Shown piece after piece: positions 48,938 to 60,945 of a stretch of 64,000 nucleotides of DNA. The DNA is from Candidatus Eremiobacteria bacterium (GTDB lineage Bacteria > Vulcanimicrobiota > Vulcanimicrobiia > Vulcanimicrobiales > Vulcanimicrobiaceae): assembly GCA_963758295.1 (NCBI GenBank), contig CAVWUU010000001.1:768001-832000 (forward strand). Direction: 5' to 3'. Under the pieces are notes generated by a model, which ran no database searches, was not told where the DNA came from, and was given only the letters and a program-made list of their open reading frames with translations. Every line of letters starts with the position of its first letter. Position 1 is the stretch's first letter. The translations under genes were made by a program, and so were the position numbers.

Positions 48938-50749
48938 CTAGCCCGCGACGGCGGTGTCGCGGAATTGCGTGCGGTAGAGGTGCGCGTAGGCGCCGTTGCG
49001 CGCCAGTAACACTTCGTGTGTGCCGCTTTCCACGATGCGGCCATCATCTATAACGAAGATCACATCGGCGGAACGGATCGTCGAAAGCCTGTGCGCGATC
49101 ACGAGGCTCGTACGCCCTTCCATCACCACTTCGAGCGCGCTCTGAATTGCCGCTTCGTTATGCGAGTCGAGCGCACTGGTTGCCTCGTCGAGGATGAGAA
49201 TGCGAGGATTCTTTAGCAGAACGCGCGCGATTGCAAGCCGTTGACGCTCTCCTCCGGAAAGCTTATGCCCGCGCTCACCGACTATTGTTGCGTAGCCTTC
49301 GGGAAGCGCGGCGATGAACGCGTGAATATTGGCGCTCTTACACGCGGCGATGAGGTCTTCGTCGCTAGCGTCCGGTTTCGCGTAGCGTAGATTCGACGCG
49401 ATCGTGTCGTGGAAGAGATACGTCTCTTGCGTAACGATGCCAATGTCGCGTCGCAGCGATTCCAGCGTGACGGTTTTGACGTCGTGCCCGTCGACGAGCA
49501 CGCGTCCCGCCTGCGGATCGTAGAAACGCGGCACGAGCTGCGTGATTGTCGACTTTCCGGCGCCCGACGGGCCCACGAATGCGGCGAGTTTGCCCGGTTC
49601 GATATGGAAGCTGACGTTGTCCAGGATGGTGCGGTCGGCGTTGTAGCCAAAAGTCACGTGCTCGAAGCGAATGTCGCCCTCGATGGCTTCCAACGCTGTC
49701 GCACCGGCCGGTTCGTACTCTTCGGTCGGCATGTCGAGGTAATCAAAAATGCGTTCGAAGACGGCGAGAGCGCTGACGATTTGCACCTGGACGCCGACGA
49801 GCGCCGACGCAGGGCCGTACAAGCGCCCTTGGATGTAACCGATAAATGCAACGATGACGCCGACGTCCAGCATGGCTTGAACCGCTAACCATCCGCCGCC
49901 GATCCACACGATTGCCGGCCCAACGATGACCATGGCGGTTACCGAAGCTAAGAACCAACGGCCCACCATGGCAAGACGAATCTCCAAGCCCATCAAACTC
50001 GTTCCCACGTCGTAGAAGCGAGCTTTCTCGAACGCCTCGCGGGCGAACGATTTGATGAGCGTGATCCCGGAAATCGAAAGCGTTTCTTGCGTGATCGATT
50101 CGATCGCGTCGCGCTGCTCGCGCGTCTTCTTGCGGATGTCGTACATCCGCCGTCCCACGGGGCCGAGCGGAAGAACCATAAACGGCACGATGACGAGCGA
50201 AATCAGCGCAAGACGCCAGTTCCAGATGAACATCGCGACGAGCGTCGTAAGAATCATGACGACGTTCGTAATGATGGTCGTGAGCGTTCCGGTGACGACG
50301 TTGTCGATGTTGTCCACGTCGTTGGAAACGCGATTCATGATTTCGCCGGTCTTCGTTCCGGTGAAGAACGCGAGTGGCATCCGGTGCAAATGCGAAACCA
50401 GGCTCGTGCGCAAATCCCGCATGATGCCTTCGCCGACGAGCGAGTTCAGGTAACCTTGCGCGACGCCGAAGCCCATCGAGACAAGCGCCGTCGCCAAGAT
50501 GACGCCGACGTCGATCAAGAGCTCGTGAAAGCTCTTGTGCGGAATCGCACTGTCGATGATCCGCGCAGTCATGTATCCAGGGATTAGACCAAGCAGCGCA
50601 CTTACGATAATGCAAGCCAAGACGGCGCCCTGCTCCTTCAAATAAGGAGTAAAGAGCGCGGCGATTCGTCGCCATTCTATGCGCTTTTTCACTTGCGGCT
50701 TGTCGGGGCGATACATATTCGACCACATCAAGCCATGCCCGGACATCAT
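48938..50749 (-). CDS. ABC exporter, fused permease and ATPase
   Basis: TMD, GPSGAGKST, LSGGERQR, ILDEATSALD. Confidence 0.95.
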   Translation of the reverse strand: MMSGHGLMWSNMYRPDKPQVKKRIEWRRIAALFTPYLKEQGAVLACIIVSALLGLIPGYMTARIIDSAIPHKSFHELLIDVGVILATALVSMGFGVAQGYLNSLVGEGIMRDLRTSLVSHLHRMPLAFFTGTKTGEIMNRVSNDVDNIDNVVTGTLTTIITNVVMILTTLVAMFIWNWRLALISLVIVPFMVLPLGPVGRRMYDIRKKTREQRDAIESITQETLSISGITLIKSFAREAFEKARFYDVGTSLMGLEIRLAMVGRWFLASVTAMVIVGPAIVWIGGGWLAVQAMLDVGVIVAFIGYIQGRLYGPASALVGVQVQIVSALAVFERIFDYLDMPTEEYEPAGATALEAIEGDIRFEHVTFGYNADRTILDNVSFHIEPGKLAAFVGPSGAGKSTITQLVPRFYDPQAGRVLVDGHDVKTVTLESLRRDIGIVTQETYLFHDTIASNLRYAKPDASDEDLIAACKSANIHAFIAALPEGYATIVGERGHKLSGGERQRLAIARVLLKNPRILILDEATSALDSHNEAAIQSALEVVMEGRTSLVIAHRLSTIRSADVIFVIDDGRIVESGTHEVLLARNGAYAHLYRTQFRDTAVAG

Positions 50750-50915
50750 GGTTTAAAGGCACTCCGGCTTGGCTTGCGCGCCCCCCAACGCTTCACGCCG
50801 GTGCCCCGCACACCGTGCGCCGCATCAATCTGATTCACCGGCCGAGATTCCCCTAGGGCGGCCCAAAAGAACGTCATCGCGTTTTATAACCTGACATCGG
50901 GACCGCGTCGTTGCA

Positions 50916-51284
50916 TTAGTGCGGGACGGTGACCTGGTGGAACGTGATCTTGTTGCCTTCGGGATCATTGAAAGAGGAGATCTTACAGACCGGCGTTTCG
51001 TACGGATCCCCGACTTCAACGCCTTGTGAGCGAAGCTGGCGAAGCGCTTCGTCGAGATTGTCGACTTCGAAAGCTACGCCGGCGCCCGTTCCCGGTTCGC
51101 GCTCGATCCATTCAGGCGTTATTAATGCGAAGCACCCCGCGCCTACGTTGGCTTCGTTGTATTTTTCGACGCCGTCTTCTTCGAAGGGGCCGCTGAACTT
51201 CAGACCAAGCATTTGCTCATACCATTCGCGCGTCGACTTTACGTCGTTCGACGGATAGGCCGTGAAGGCGATTTCTTTGATCAT
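50916..51284 (-). CDS. VOC/glyoxalase family protein
   Basis: WYEQMLGL, VAFEVDN, FNDPEGN. Confidence 0.9.
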   Translation of the reverse strand: MIKEIAFTAYPSNDVKSTREWYEQMLGLKFSGPFEEDGVEKYNEANVGAGCFALITPEWIEREPGTGAGVAFEVDNLDEALRQLRSQGVEVGDPYETPVCKISSFNDPEGNKITFHQVTVPH

Positions 51285-51301
51285 GGCGGTCCGCTTCGAC
51301 T

Positions 51302-51338
51302 AAAAAGAAGCGGCCACCCGGGTTCGTCGGGTGGCCGT
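51302..51338 (-). terminator. Intrinsic terminator after dnaJ
   Basis: cggccacccg...cgggtggccg stem with U tail on the minus strand. Confidence 0.75.
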
Positions 51339-51343
51339 TGATC

Positions 51344-52369
51344 TTACTTCTTGCCGTTTCTCATGGACGAGAGCTCTTTGAAGAGCTTCTTTTCCTTATC
51401 GGAGAGCTGCTGTGGCAGTTGTCCGATCAAGCGAACGTATTGATCGCCCGATCCTCCGCCTTTGACATTCGGCATGCCCTTGCCGCCTAGCCGCAGGAGC
51501 CGGTTATTTTGCGTGCCTTCCGGAATCGTCATAGCAACTTGCCCGGCCATTGTCGGCACTTTTACTTCCCCGCCGAGCAACAGATCGTACATGCTTACCG
51601 GCAGGTCGACGTAGAGATCGTCGCCCTTGCGTTTGTACGTTGAATCATCGAGCAATTTGACGATAAGATACAAATCGCCGTTCGGGCCGCCGTTCGTCCC
51701 GGCACCGCCTTGCGCTGCAAGACGAATGCGTTGCTCGTCGCCGATGCCTTTCGGAATCGTCACTTCGAATTTCTTCGTTACGAGGAGCCGGCCCGTACCG
51801 CTGCATTGCGGACATAGACGTCCTTGATCGGTGCCGGTGCCATGGCATCGGGGGCAGCGATCTTCGACTTGCAACGACACAGCTTTTTTCCCGCCGTCAT
51901 AAACGTCGCGTAAGGTTAGCTCGATTGTCGTCTCTAGATCCTGACCGCGTTGCGGAAACCCGGTCGTTTGCGTTGTCTGCCGGCGCCCGATGCCGGAGAA
52001 GAACATGTCGAAGAAATCGGAGAACCCGCTCGGCCCGGCACCGGCCGCCCCGGTGTTCGTACCCCCGAAATCGAAATGTCCGAAGTCGTGTTCGTTATAT
52101 CGCGTACGATATTGGCGTTGCTGTTCCGCCTGGCGCGCCGCGCGCTGCCAGTCGGAACCAAGCACGTCGTACTTCTTGCGCTTCTCGGGATCGCCGAGCA
52201 CTTCGTACGCTTCAGAGATTTCTTTGAAGCGCTCCTCGGCTTCTTTGGGATTCGATGGATTTGCATCCGGATGCCACTTACGCGCGAGCTTGCGGTACGC
52301 CGACTTAATGTCTTTCTCCGGCGAATTTTTGGGAATTCCGAGGACCGCGTAGTAGTCTTTATAGTTCAT
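51344..52369 (-). CDS. dnaJ: DnaJ-class co-chaperone with a reduced zinc finger
   Basis: J domain with HPD, G/F region, two CxxCxGxG repeats, C-terminal domain. Confidence 0.88.
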   Translation of the reverse strand: MNYKDYYAVLGIPKNSPEKDIKSAYRKLARKWHPDANPSNPKEAEERFKEISEAYEVLGDPEKRKKYDVLGSDWQRAARQAEQQRQYRTRYNEHDFGHFDFGGTNTGAAGAGPSGFSDFFDMFFSGIGRRQTTQTTGFPQRGQDLETTIELTLRDVYDGGKKAVSLQVEDRCPRCHGTGTDQGRLCPQCSGTGRLLVTKKFEVTIPKGIGDEQRIRLAAQGGAGTNGGPNGDLYLIVKLLDDSTYKRKGDDLYVDLPVSMYDLLLGGEVKVPTMAGQVAMTIPEGTQNNRLLRLGGKGMPNVKGGGSGDQYVRLIGQLPQQLSDKEKKLFKELSSMRNGKK

Positions 52370-52911
52370 CCGGCGGCTTTAGCAACGATCACTTTGGCGG
52401 GCCGCAAAAGCTCGTCGCCGATCGTATAGCCTTTCTCCGCTACTTCCAGCACGGTGTCGTCTTCGACGCCTTCGGCCGCGGGTGCGGTTCCGATTGCCTC
52501 CGCAACGCGAGGATCGAAAGCCTTGCCCTTGACGTCGATCGTTTTCACGCCTTCGCTCGAGAGCAGCGACTCGAATCCACGCAGCGTATTTTCGATACCG
52601 CCGCGCAATTTATCGTCGCCCGTCGCGTTGAACTGCAGCGCGCGTTCGAGATTGTCCAGCACCGGCAAGAACCGTTCGAGGATCTTGCGCCGGTATGCGG
52701 TGTAAAGCGACGCGCTGTCGCGTTCCATGCGGCGCTTGTAATTCTCGAAGTCCGCCATGGCCATCAGAAACTTGTTGTAGTTGTCTTCGGCTTTGGCGTT
52801 TGCGGCATCGAGTTGCGCGCGCACGTCGTCTTTTGGTTCGGCCGCGGGCGCCGTCCCCGGAATCGTCGCCTCGCCCGCTTCGGTTACAACTTCGCTATCG
52901 TTATTCATCAT
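52366..52911 (-). CDS. grpE: Nucleotide exchange factor GrpE
   Basis: ADFENYKRR, LPVLDNLERAL, FDP, KGY...LLRPAKV; ATG at 52911 or 52908. Confidence 0.95.
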   Translation of the reverse strand: MMNNDSEVVTEAGEATIPGTAPAAEPKDDVRAQLDAANAKAEDNYNKFLMAMADFENYKRRMERDSASLYTAYRRKILERFLPVLDNLERALQFNATGDDKLRGGIENTLRGFESLLSSEGVKTIDVKGKAFDPRVAEAIGTAPAAEGVEDDTVLEVAEKGYTIGDELLRPAKVIVAKAAG

Positions 52912-52940
52912 CAATTTAAAAGAAAAGAAAGCATAAGCTG

Positions 52941-53047
52941 GTATGCGCGAGCCCTTCGACAAACTCAGGGTGACGACGTTTTCTCGTCATCCTGAGCACG
53001 GCGTCGGCCACGTTAGTGGCCCAGCCTCATCGAAGGACAAGCGCATC
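52941..53047. repeat. REP-like pair between dnaK and grpE, one copy with a 32-nt insert
   Basis: cccttcgacaaactcagggtgacg and cgtcatcctgagc[insert]tcgaaggacaagcgcatc. Confidence 0.8.
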
Positions 53048-53063
53048 AACCAGCGCGTTTGCC

Positions 53064-55088
<2,025 letters not shown>

Positions 55089-55265
55089 TTACCCGACAAT
55101 CATACACGACCCGGGCTTGCTTTGTTTCTACCCGTCTCGCACCTGACCGTTGGGCCTTGCATACTCTATGACACGAAGTTGGCACCCTAGGTTGCACTGA
55201 AGAGTAGAAAACGGCGGCCATTTCTGACCGCCGGTCTGGTGTACGCTACCGCTGTAAAGAGGCGG

Positions 55266-56465
55266 TTACGGCTGCCCCTGTACCGGGGTGCCGGCCGGGC
55301 GCTCCTGGAGCTTCACGCTGACCAGCTTTTTCACGCCTTGCGACCAGACTTGCATCCGAATCGTATCGCCGGGCTTCTTCGAGCCGATGTAGTCGTGGAG
55401 CGACTTGTAGTCGTTGTAGTTTTTGCCGTCGGCGCTAAGGATGACGTCGCCCGGCTGCAGGCCGGCCTGATCGGCGGGCGAGCCCGACATAACCTGTCCG
55501 ACCACAACGCCGGTGTTGCCGTTGTAGCCGATTTGATTGCGTACTGCTGCGGTCAGATTGCCCATCACGATGCCCACGAAGCCGGTTTCCGTGCCCTGAT
55601 GGACGCCCGGATTTTTCAGCAGATCCGGCACGATGCGTTTCACGATGTTCGACGGGATAGCGAAACCGATGCCTTGCGCCGCCTGGTTCGTGAGCTGGTT
55701 GACGCCGATGACTTGGCCGTCGATGTCGATCAGCGGGCCACCCGAATTTCCGGGATTGATCGGCGCGGACGTCTGCAACAGGCCTTTGAAATCGTAGGCC
55801 AGCTGATTTTCCGCCACTTGCTCTTCGCGGTCGACGCCGGACACGATGCCGAGGGTCACCGTTTGCTTGAGTTCGTACGGTTCGCCGATGGCGATCGCCC
55901 ATTGACCCTGTTCGAGCTTATCGGAATCCGCGAGCGGCAGCGGGGGCGGAAGTTTGTTGTAGCCGTCTACTCGTATGATTGCGAGGTCGGCCCCGATGTT
56001 GGCCGCGACGACGTGCGCCGGGCGGTGATCGCCGTTGGCAAAGACGACCGTAAGATTGGAGACGCGCCCGCCGGAAGGCGGTTGGACGACGTGAGCGTTC
56101 GTGACGATGTCGCCGCTCGTATCGTAAACGAAGCCGGACCCCGAGGCTTGACCGCGATAGGGCCGGACGATGCCCGGTCCTTGCTGGCCGAAAAACTGCT
56201 GCAGCAGCGGATCGACCGGCTCGACCTGCTGCCCGTTGATCGTTTCGGTGATGGCAACGACGGAAGCTTTAGTACGCTTTACCGCCGTTACGATGCGATC
56301 TTGATCGCTGACACCGGAGAGCGAAGCAGCAACAACTGCGGGCGGCGTATGATTCGGGCCCGCTACGTTCGTAAAGTGCGTGCTCGCGTAGAGCATCATC
56401 ACAAAGCTTCCGATTATTGCGCCCACCAGCCCAATTATGAGCGTGGGCATCACGCGATTTTTCAC
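55266..56465 (-). CDS. htrA: HtrA/DegP-family serine protease with one PDZ domain
   Basis: N-terminal TM, TNAHVV, DLAI, GNSGGPL, SPADQAGL. Confidence 0.93.
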   Translation of the reverse strand: MKNRVMPTLIIGLVGAIIGSFVMMLYASTHFTNVAGPNHTPPAVVAASLSGVSDQDRIVTAVKRTKASVVAITETINGQQVEPVDPLLQQFFGQQGPGIVRPYRGQASGSGFVYDTSGDIVTNAHVVQPPSGGRVSNLTVVFANGDHRPAHVVAANIGADLAIIRVDGYNKLPPPLPLADSDKLEQGQWAIAIGEPYELKQTVTLGIVSGVDREEQVAENQLAYDFKGLLQTSAPINPGNSGGPLIDIDGQVIGVNQLTNQAAQGIGFAIPSNIVKRIVPDLLKNPGVHQGTETGFVGIVMGNLTAAVRNQIGYNGNTGVVVGQVMSGSPADQAGLQPGDVILSADGKNYNDYKSLHDYIGSKKPGDTIRMQVWSQGVKKLVSVKLQERPAGTPVQGQP

Positions 56466-56561
56466 TGTTCTCCTACTGCGAATTGAGGCTGTTCTTATGG
56501 TCCCCTACTCGCAAACCGGTCAAAAGTAACGCGCGATTCACCTTTGGAAATGAGCGTTTGA

Positions 56562-57257
56562 TTAAGCGGCGCGCTCGTCGGCCACTACGAGGCCGTCCAG
56601 CAGGCGAATCACCCGCTTGGCGTGGCGGGCGACTGCCTCGTCATGGGTGACCATGATGATCGTGCGTCCGCGCTCGTAGAGCTTCTCGAAGAGCGCCATG
56701 ATGTCCGCGCTCGTCTTCGTGTCGAGGTTCCCGGTCGGCTCGTCGGCGAGCAAAACAGCGGGATTGTTGATAAGTGCACGCGCAATGGCTACGCGCTGCT
56801 GCTGGCCGCCGGAGAGCTCGTTGGGTTTGTGATCGGTGCGATCGCCGAGTCCAACCTCTTCAAGCGCGGCGACGGCGCGGCGCGAACGCTCGCGGCCGCC
56901 GATGCCCGCGTAGAACAACGGAAGCGCAACGTTCTTGATCGCATCGGTGCGCGCGAGCAAGTTGAAGCCTTGAAAGACGAAGCCCAGCTTGCGCAACCGA
57001 ATTTCGGCCAGCGCGTTGTCGTCGAGGTGCGATACGTCCTCACCGTCGAGCACGTATCGTCCCGTCGTCGCGCGGTCCAGACACCCGATAATGTTCATCA
57101 GTGTCGATTTACCGGAGCCCGATGGACCCATCACCGCAACGTACTCGCCGTGTTGAACCGTCAAGTCGATGCCGTGCAGCACAGGAACTTCCAGCGCGCC
57201 GTTCTTGTACGTTTTGGTGATGTCGCTCAGCGCAATGGCCGCATGGCCGTCATTCAT
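56562..57257 (-). CDS. ABC ATPase (MacB/LolD type)
   Basis: [33 protein letters not shown]. Confidence 0.95.
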   Translation of the reverse strand: MNDGHAAIALSDITKTYKNGALEVPVLHGIDLTVQHGEYVAVMGPSGSGKSTLMNIIGCLDRATTGRYVLDGEDVSHLDDNALAEIRLRKLGFVFQGFNLLARTDAIKNVALPLFYAGIGGRERSRRAVAALEEVGLGDRTDHKPNELSGGQQQRVAIARALINNPAVLLADEPTGNLDTKTSADIMALFEKLYERGRTIIMVTHDEAVARHAKRVIRLLDGLVVADERAA

Positions 57258-58449
57258 ACCGTAATGCCTCGATAGGATCAAGTTTTGCCGCGCGGTAGGC
57301 GGGATAGGTTCCGAACGCGAGTGTCACGATGACGGCAAAGCCGGCGGCAATTGCCACCGCTTGCACCCAAGGAAGCGACGACACCGTTCCCGTGAGCTGG
57401 ATGATGAATACGTTATTGACAAGTGCTCCCAGCCCGAGCCCGATGACCAATCCGCTGCCGCAACCGACGGCGCACAGAAGCAGCGCTTCAAGAAAGAACT
57501 GCAACAGCACTTGAGAGCTACGCGCGCCGATTGCCTTACGCACGCCGATCTCTCGCGTGCGCTCGGCGACTGAAACGAGCATGATGTTCATGATGCCGAT
57601 GCCCGCGACGAGCATGGAAACCGCGCCGATCAGCGCGACGATAAACGTCATGGCGTTGAAGATGCCGTTTATTGCGCCGGTGATTTGCGACTTATCGAAC
57701 GTCTGGTATTCAAGCCCGGCCGCCCCGCCGCGAAGTTCGCGCAGCTTTTGGATTACGGCAAGTTCTTGATTCGGAATGCTCTTTGCATCCGCCGTTACAA
57801 AACGCGCCGCGAAGATCGTATCGCCGCGAACGTAGTTGCGAACGTAAGTGGTCCACGGCACCGAAATACCGCCGCCGCCGAAGTTGGCGTTGATGAACCC
57901 GCGCTTTGGCTCCGTGAGAATCCCGACGATAAGATACCGGCGGGAACCAACGTAGACGCTTTGACCGGTCGGATCACCGCCGTTCGGAAAGAGCTTTTTG
58001 TAGGCGTCGTTCGGCAGCACGCAAACATTCGTTCCGAGCTGAACGTCCTGAGCGGTGATCCGCCGGCCGTAGAGCAGCGGAAGATTGTTGAACGGAATTG
58101 CGCCTTCCGCCCCGACGCTCTCGCGAGCCTGATAGTGCCCGACGTGAACGAGATCTTGAAATTGTCCCAGTGGTAGCGCGTCTACGATTCCGGGAAGAGC
58201 TCGAAGCGCCGGCAGGTCGCTCAAGTGGATTGCCGCCTGTTGCGAGTTGCGCTGGGTCGAGTTCGGATACACGATGAACGTGTTGTCTGCGAAACTTCCC
58301 AATGCGCCGTTCAACGCGCCGGCCATGCTATTGCCGAGAACCTGAATGGCGACCACGGCACCCACGCCGATGATCAGGCCGAGGATCGTGAGGATCGAAC
58401 GGATGCGGTTGGCGGAGAGCACGCGCCAAGCTTCTTCGAAATACATCAT
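57250..58449 (-). CDS. MacB-type ABC permease
   Basis: [35 protein letters not shown]. Confidence 0.93.
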   Translation of the reverse strand: MMYFEEAWRVLSANRIRSILTILGLIIGVGAVVAIQVLGNSMAGALNGALGSFADNTFIVYPNSTQRNSQQAAIHLSDLPALRALPGIVDALPLGQFQDLVHVGHYQARESVGAEGAIPFNNLPLLYGRRITAQDVQLGTNVCVLPNDAYKKLFPNGGDPTGQSVYVGSRRYLIVGILTEPKRGFINANFGGGGISVPWTTYVRNYVRGDTIFAARFVTADAKSIPNQELAVIQKLRELRGGAAGLEYQTFDKSQITGAINGIFNAMTFIVALIGAVSMLVAGIGIMNIMLVSVAERTREIGVRKAIGARSSQVLLQFFLEALLLCAVGCGSGLVIGLGLGALVNNVFIIQLTGTVSSLPWVQAVAIAAGFAVIVTLAFGTYPAYRAAKLDPIEALRYE

Positions 58450-59645
58450 GAGCGAAGCGCCTCGATAGGATCCATGCGTGAAGCGCGCAGCGCGGGATAC
58501 GAGCCGAAAACCGTTCCCACGAGGAGTGAAAACGTCATCGCTATTCCGACGATCAACAGATACGGAATGAGCAGCTGGCCGAGTTGTTTGCTCAAGAGGC
58601 TCGCTGCGCCGACGGTAAGGAGAATCCCGATCACCATCCCGGTCAGACCGCCGCCGAGTGAAAGCAAAACCGCCTCCATCAAGAACTGGGTCATGATGTT
58701 GCCGCGATTGGCGCCGATCGACTTGCGAATGCCGATTTCCCGCGTCCGTTCGGTAACGGAAACGAGCATGATGTTCATGATGCCGATGCCGGCAACTACG
58801 AGCGCAACGCCGCCGATCGCAGACAAGCCGATTGCCACCACGTTCAGGACGCTATTGAAGATTTGCAGTTGCTGCGCCCCGTTTTGGGTCTTGTATTGTG
58901 CCTGATTGCCGTGGATATGCTGCAATGCGACGATTGCGTCGTTTCCGGCGGCGTCCCCGCCAAGCGGATCGGTGGGATAAACCAGCACGAAATCGGGCGG
59001 GGTATCTTGAGCGATGTTGTTGCGGTACGTGGTGTACGGAACGATTATCGTCGAGCTTCCGGCGATGCTGTTGAAAAATGAGCCCTTGATATCCGCGTAG
59101 ACGCCGATTACTTTATACCGGCCGCCGTTCACCCGTAGGAATTGACCTTCGGCCGGCCGGTCGCCGAAAAATTCTCGCGCAACATCTTGCGTAATAACGG
59201 CAACGCGCTCCGCGCCGTCTACCTCGCCGGCCGTGAATTTATGTCCCTCCGCCATCGCCAACCCGTCGGTATGGTAGCTGCCGTCCTGTTGGAGCACGAT
59301 GTGATCGGTCTTACCGTTCGCCGAAATCGTGAACACTTTTTGCCATACAGGCAAAATTTCGCGGGCGCGATCGCCGAGATAGATTTGAATGGAAGCCAAG
59401 TCGCGATAGTGGATTTGCGCACGTTCGGGATAATCTTGCGCCGGGTCAACGAAGATCACATCCGGCTCCTGGCCGAAAGACGCAAAGGACGACGCGATAC
59501 CGCTGGTCGCCGCTTTGCTGATTCCGAAGACCGTGATGATCGAAGCGCTGCCGATGATCATTCCGAGCATCGTCAGCGCGGAGCGGACGCGATTGCGCCA
59601 CAGTGACGCGCACGCTTCTTCAAGGTACGCGAGGAGACGTGTCAC
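58446..59645 (-). CDS. MacB-type ABC permease
   Basis: RSALTMLG, GIMNIMLVSVTERTREIG, DPIEALRS. Confidence 0.93.
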   Translation of the reverse strand: MTRLLAYLEEACASLWRNRVRSALTMLGMIIGSASIITVFGISKAATSGIASSFASFGQEPDVIFVDPAQDYPERAQIHYRDLASIQIYLGDRAREILPVWQKVFTISANGKTDHIVLQQDGSYHTDGLAMAEGHKFTAGEVDGAERVAVITQDVAREFFGDRPAEGQFLRVNGGRYKVIGVYADIKGSFFNSIAGSSTIIVPYTTYRNNIAQDTPPDFVLVYPTDPLGGDAAGNDAIVALQHIHGNQAQYKTQNGAQQLQIFNSVLNVVAIGLSAIGGVALVVAGIGIMNIMLVSVTERTREIGIRKSIGANRGNIMTQFLMEAVLLSLGGGLTGMVIGILLTVGAASLLSKQLGQLLIPYLLIVGIAMTFSLLVGTVFGSYPALRASRMDPIEALRS

Positions 59646-60943
59646 GACGCCGGCGCGGCCGATGCGGAGGCGGACGGCATTGGCGTTACATGCTTGCCCT
59701 CACCCAACTCCGGATTATTTTTCGCAACGATGGTTTCGCCGGGCTCGAGTCCCGACGTTACGAGGGTCGACGTGTCGCCCGTGCGCCCCACTTTGATGGT
59801 CCGCTTCGTAGCGATGCCGCGCTTGACCACGTAGACGAACGACTTCGATCCATCCTTGAGCACCGAGTCATTCGGAACGACGATCGCATGCGGAATATTT
59901 GTCGTGAGGATATCGACGTCGGTCGTCATGCCGTCTTTTAGGAAATCGGGCGATTGATCGAGTGCGATCGTCGTAAGGACTTGCTTCGCCGTACTCGTCG
60001 TATCGGTCGACTTCTGCGCGATCGGCGCGATGATTGCCACGTGTCCGGGAATTGTTTTTCCGGGGAAGTCTTGTCCGGTTACGTTGACGTGCTGTCCAAC
60101 GCGGACGTTGATCACGTCTTGTTCGTCGACTTGAGCGCGGACGATGAAAGTTTCGCCCGACGCCATCGTAAAGAGCAGCTGCCCCGCCGTCACCGCGTCA
60201 CCGGGCTGCAGCGAGCGAAGCGCATCGCTCGTTTGCGCAGCGACCGACTGAATTACGCCGGACTCCGGCGCAACGATGCGCGTGAAGGAGACCTGCTGCT
60301 GGTCCTGTTGATTCACGATGCGCGCCTTATCCGCCGCGGCCTGCGCATATTGCACGCTGTTCTGGCCGTATCCGGAGACCGCGCCCAAACGAAGTTGCTC
60401 GACGGCTTGATCGTAGGCGACTTGAGCCTGATCCAGCTTGGCCTTGTCGGCATCCACTTGATTGCGTGCGATCGCGCGTTGTTGAAGAAGCGCTTCATCG
60501 GCGTTATAGACGCGGCGGGCTTCGTCGAGCGAACTCTTTTGAGTGGCGACGGCGCCTTGATACTGCACTTTCGCATTTTGTTCGTTGACGCGCGCCGCCG
60601 AAACGTTTGCGACCGCCGAGTCGTAGTCGGCTTGCGAACCGGACGCGTTGGAGTCGATCGTCGGATTGTCGATCGTCGCCAGAAGCTGGCCGGCGGAGAC
60701 ACGGTCGCCCGCCTTGACAAAAATGCGCCCGATATTGCCCGCCACGAGCGTCGGTACGGTCAGCGTGCCGGGACGCATAACGACGCCGTTTTCCGGCAAT
60801 TTTACAACGAACGCGCCGTAGGTAACTTTTTGGGTCTGCACGGCGAGCGCGGGATCTTTGTGAGAGCGGCTGGCGAAGACCGCGACGACGACGATCAGCA
60901 CGAGCGCTGCAAGGACGATGATGGTATTGCGGGTGCGGTTCAT
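59642..60943 (-). CDS. Periplasmic adaptor (membrane fusion) protein
   Basis: N-terminal TM, VKAGDRVSAGQLL, coiled coil, IVAPESG, VDEQD. Confidence 0.92.
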   Translation of the reverse strand: MNRTRNTIIVLAALVLIVVVAVFASRSHKDPALAVQTQKVTYGAFVVKLPENGVVMRPGTLTVPTLVAGNIGRIFVKAGDRVSAGQLLATIDNPTIDSNASGSQADYDSAVANVSAARVNEQNAKVQYQGAVATQKSSLDEARRVYNADEALLQQRAIARNQVDADKAKLDQAQVAYDQAVEQLRLGAVSGYGQNSVQYAQAAADKARIVNQQDQQQVSFTRIVAPESGVIQSVAAQTSDALRSLQPGDAVTAGQLLFTMASGETFIVRAQVDEQDVINVRVGQHVNVTGQDFPGKTIPGHVAIIAPIAQKSTDTTSTAKQVLTTIALDQSPDFLKDGMTTDVDILTTNIPHAIVVPNDSVLKDGSKSFVYVVKRGIATKRTIKVGRTGDTSTLVTSGLEPGETIVAKNNPELGEGKHVTPMPSASASAAPAS

Positions 60944-60945
60944 GC

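Noticed and set aside
52912..52962. Extended grpE N-terminus from TTG at 52962
   Set aside because: That start lies within the REP-like repeat; ATG at 52911/52908 is more plausible.
55179..55210. Possible CIRCE operator
   Set aside because: Only one half site resembles TTAGCACTC; no matching arm at 9-nt spacing.
55239..56486. 415-aa plus-strand ORF
   Set aside because: Antisense shadow of htrA.
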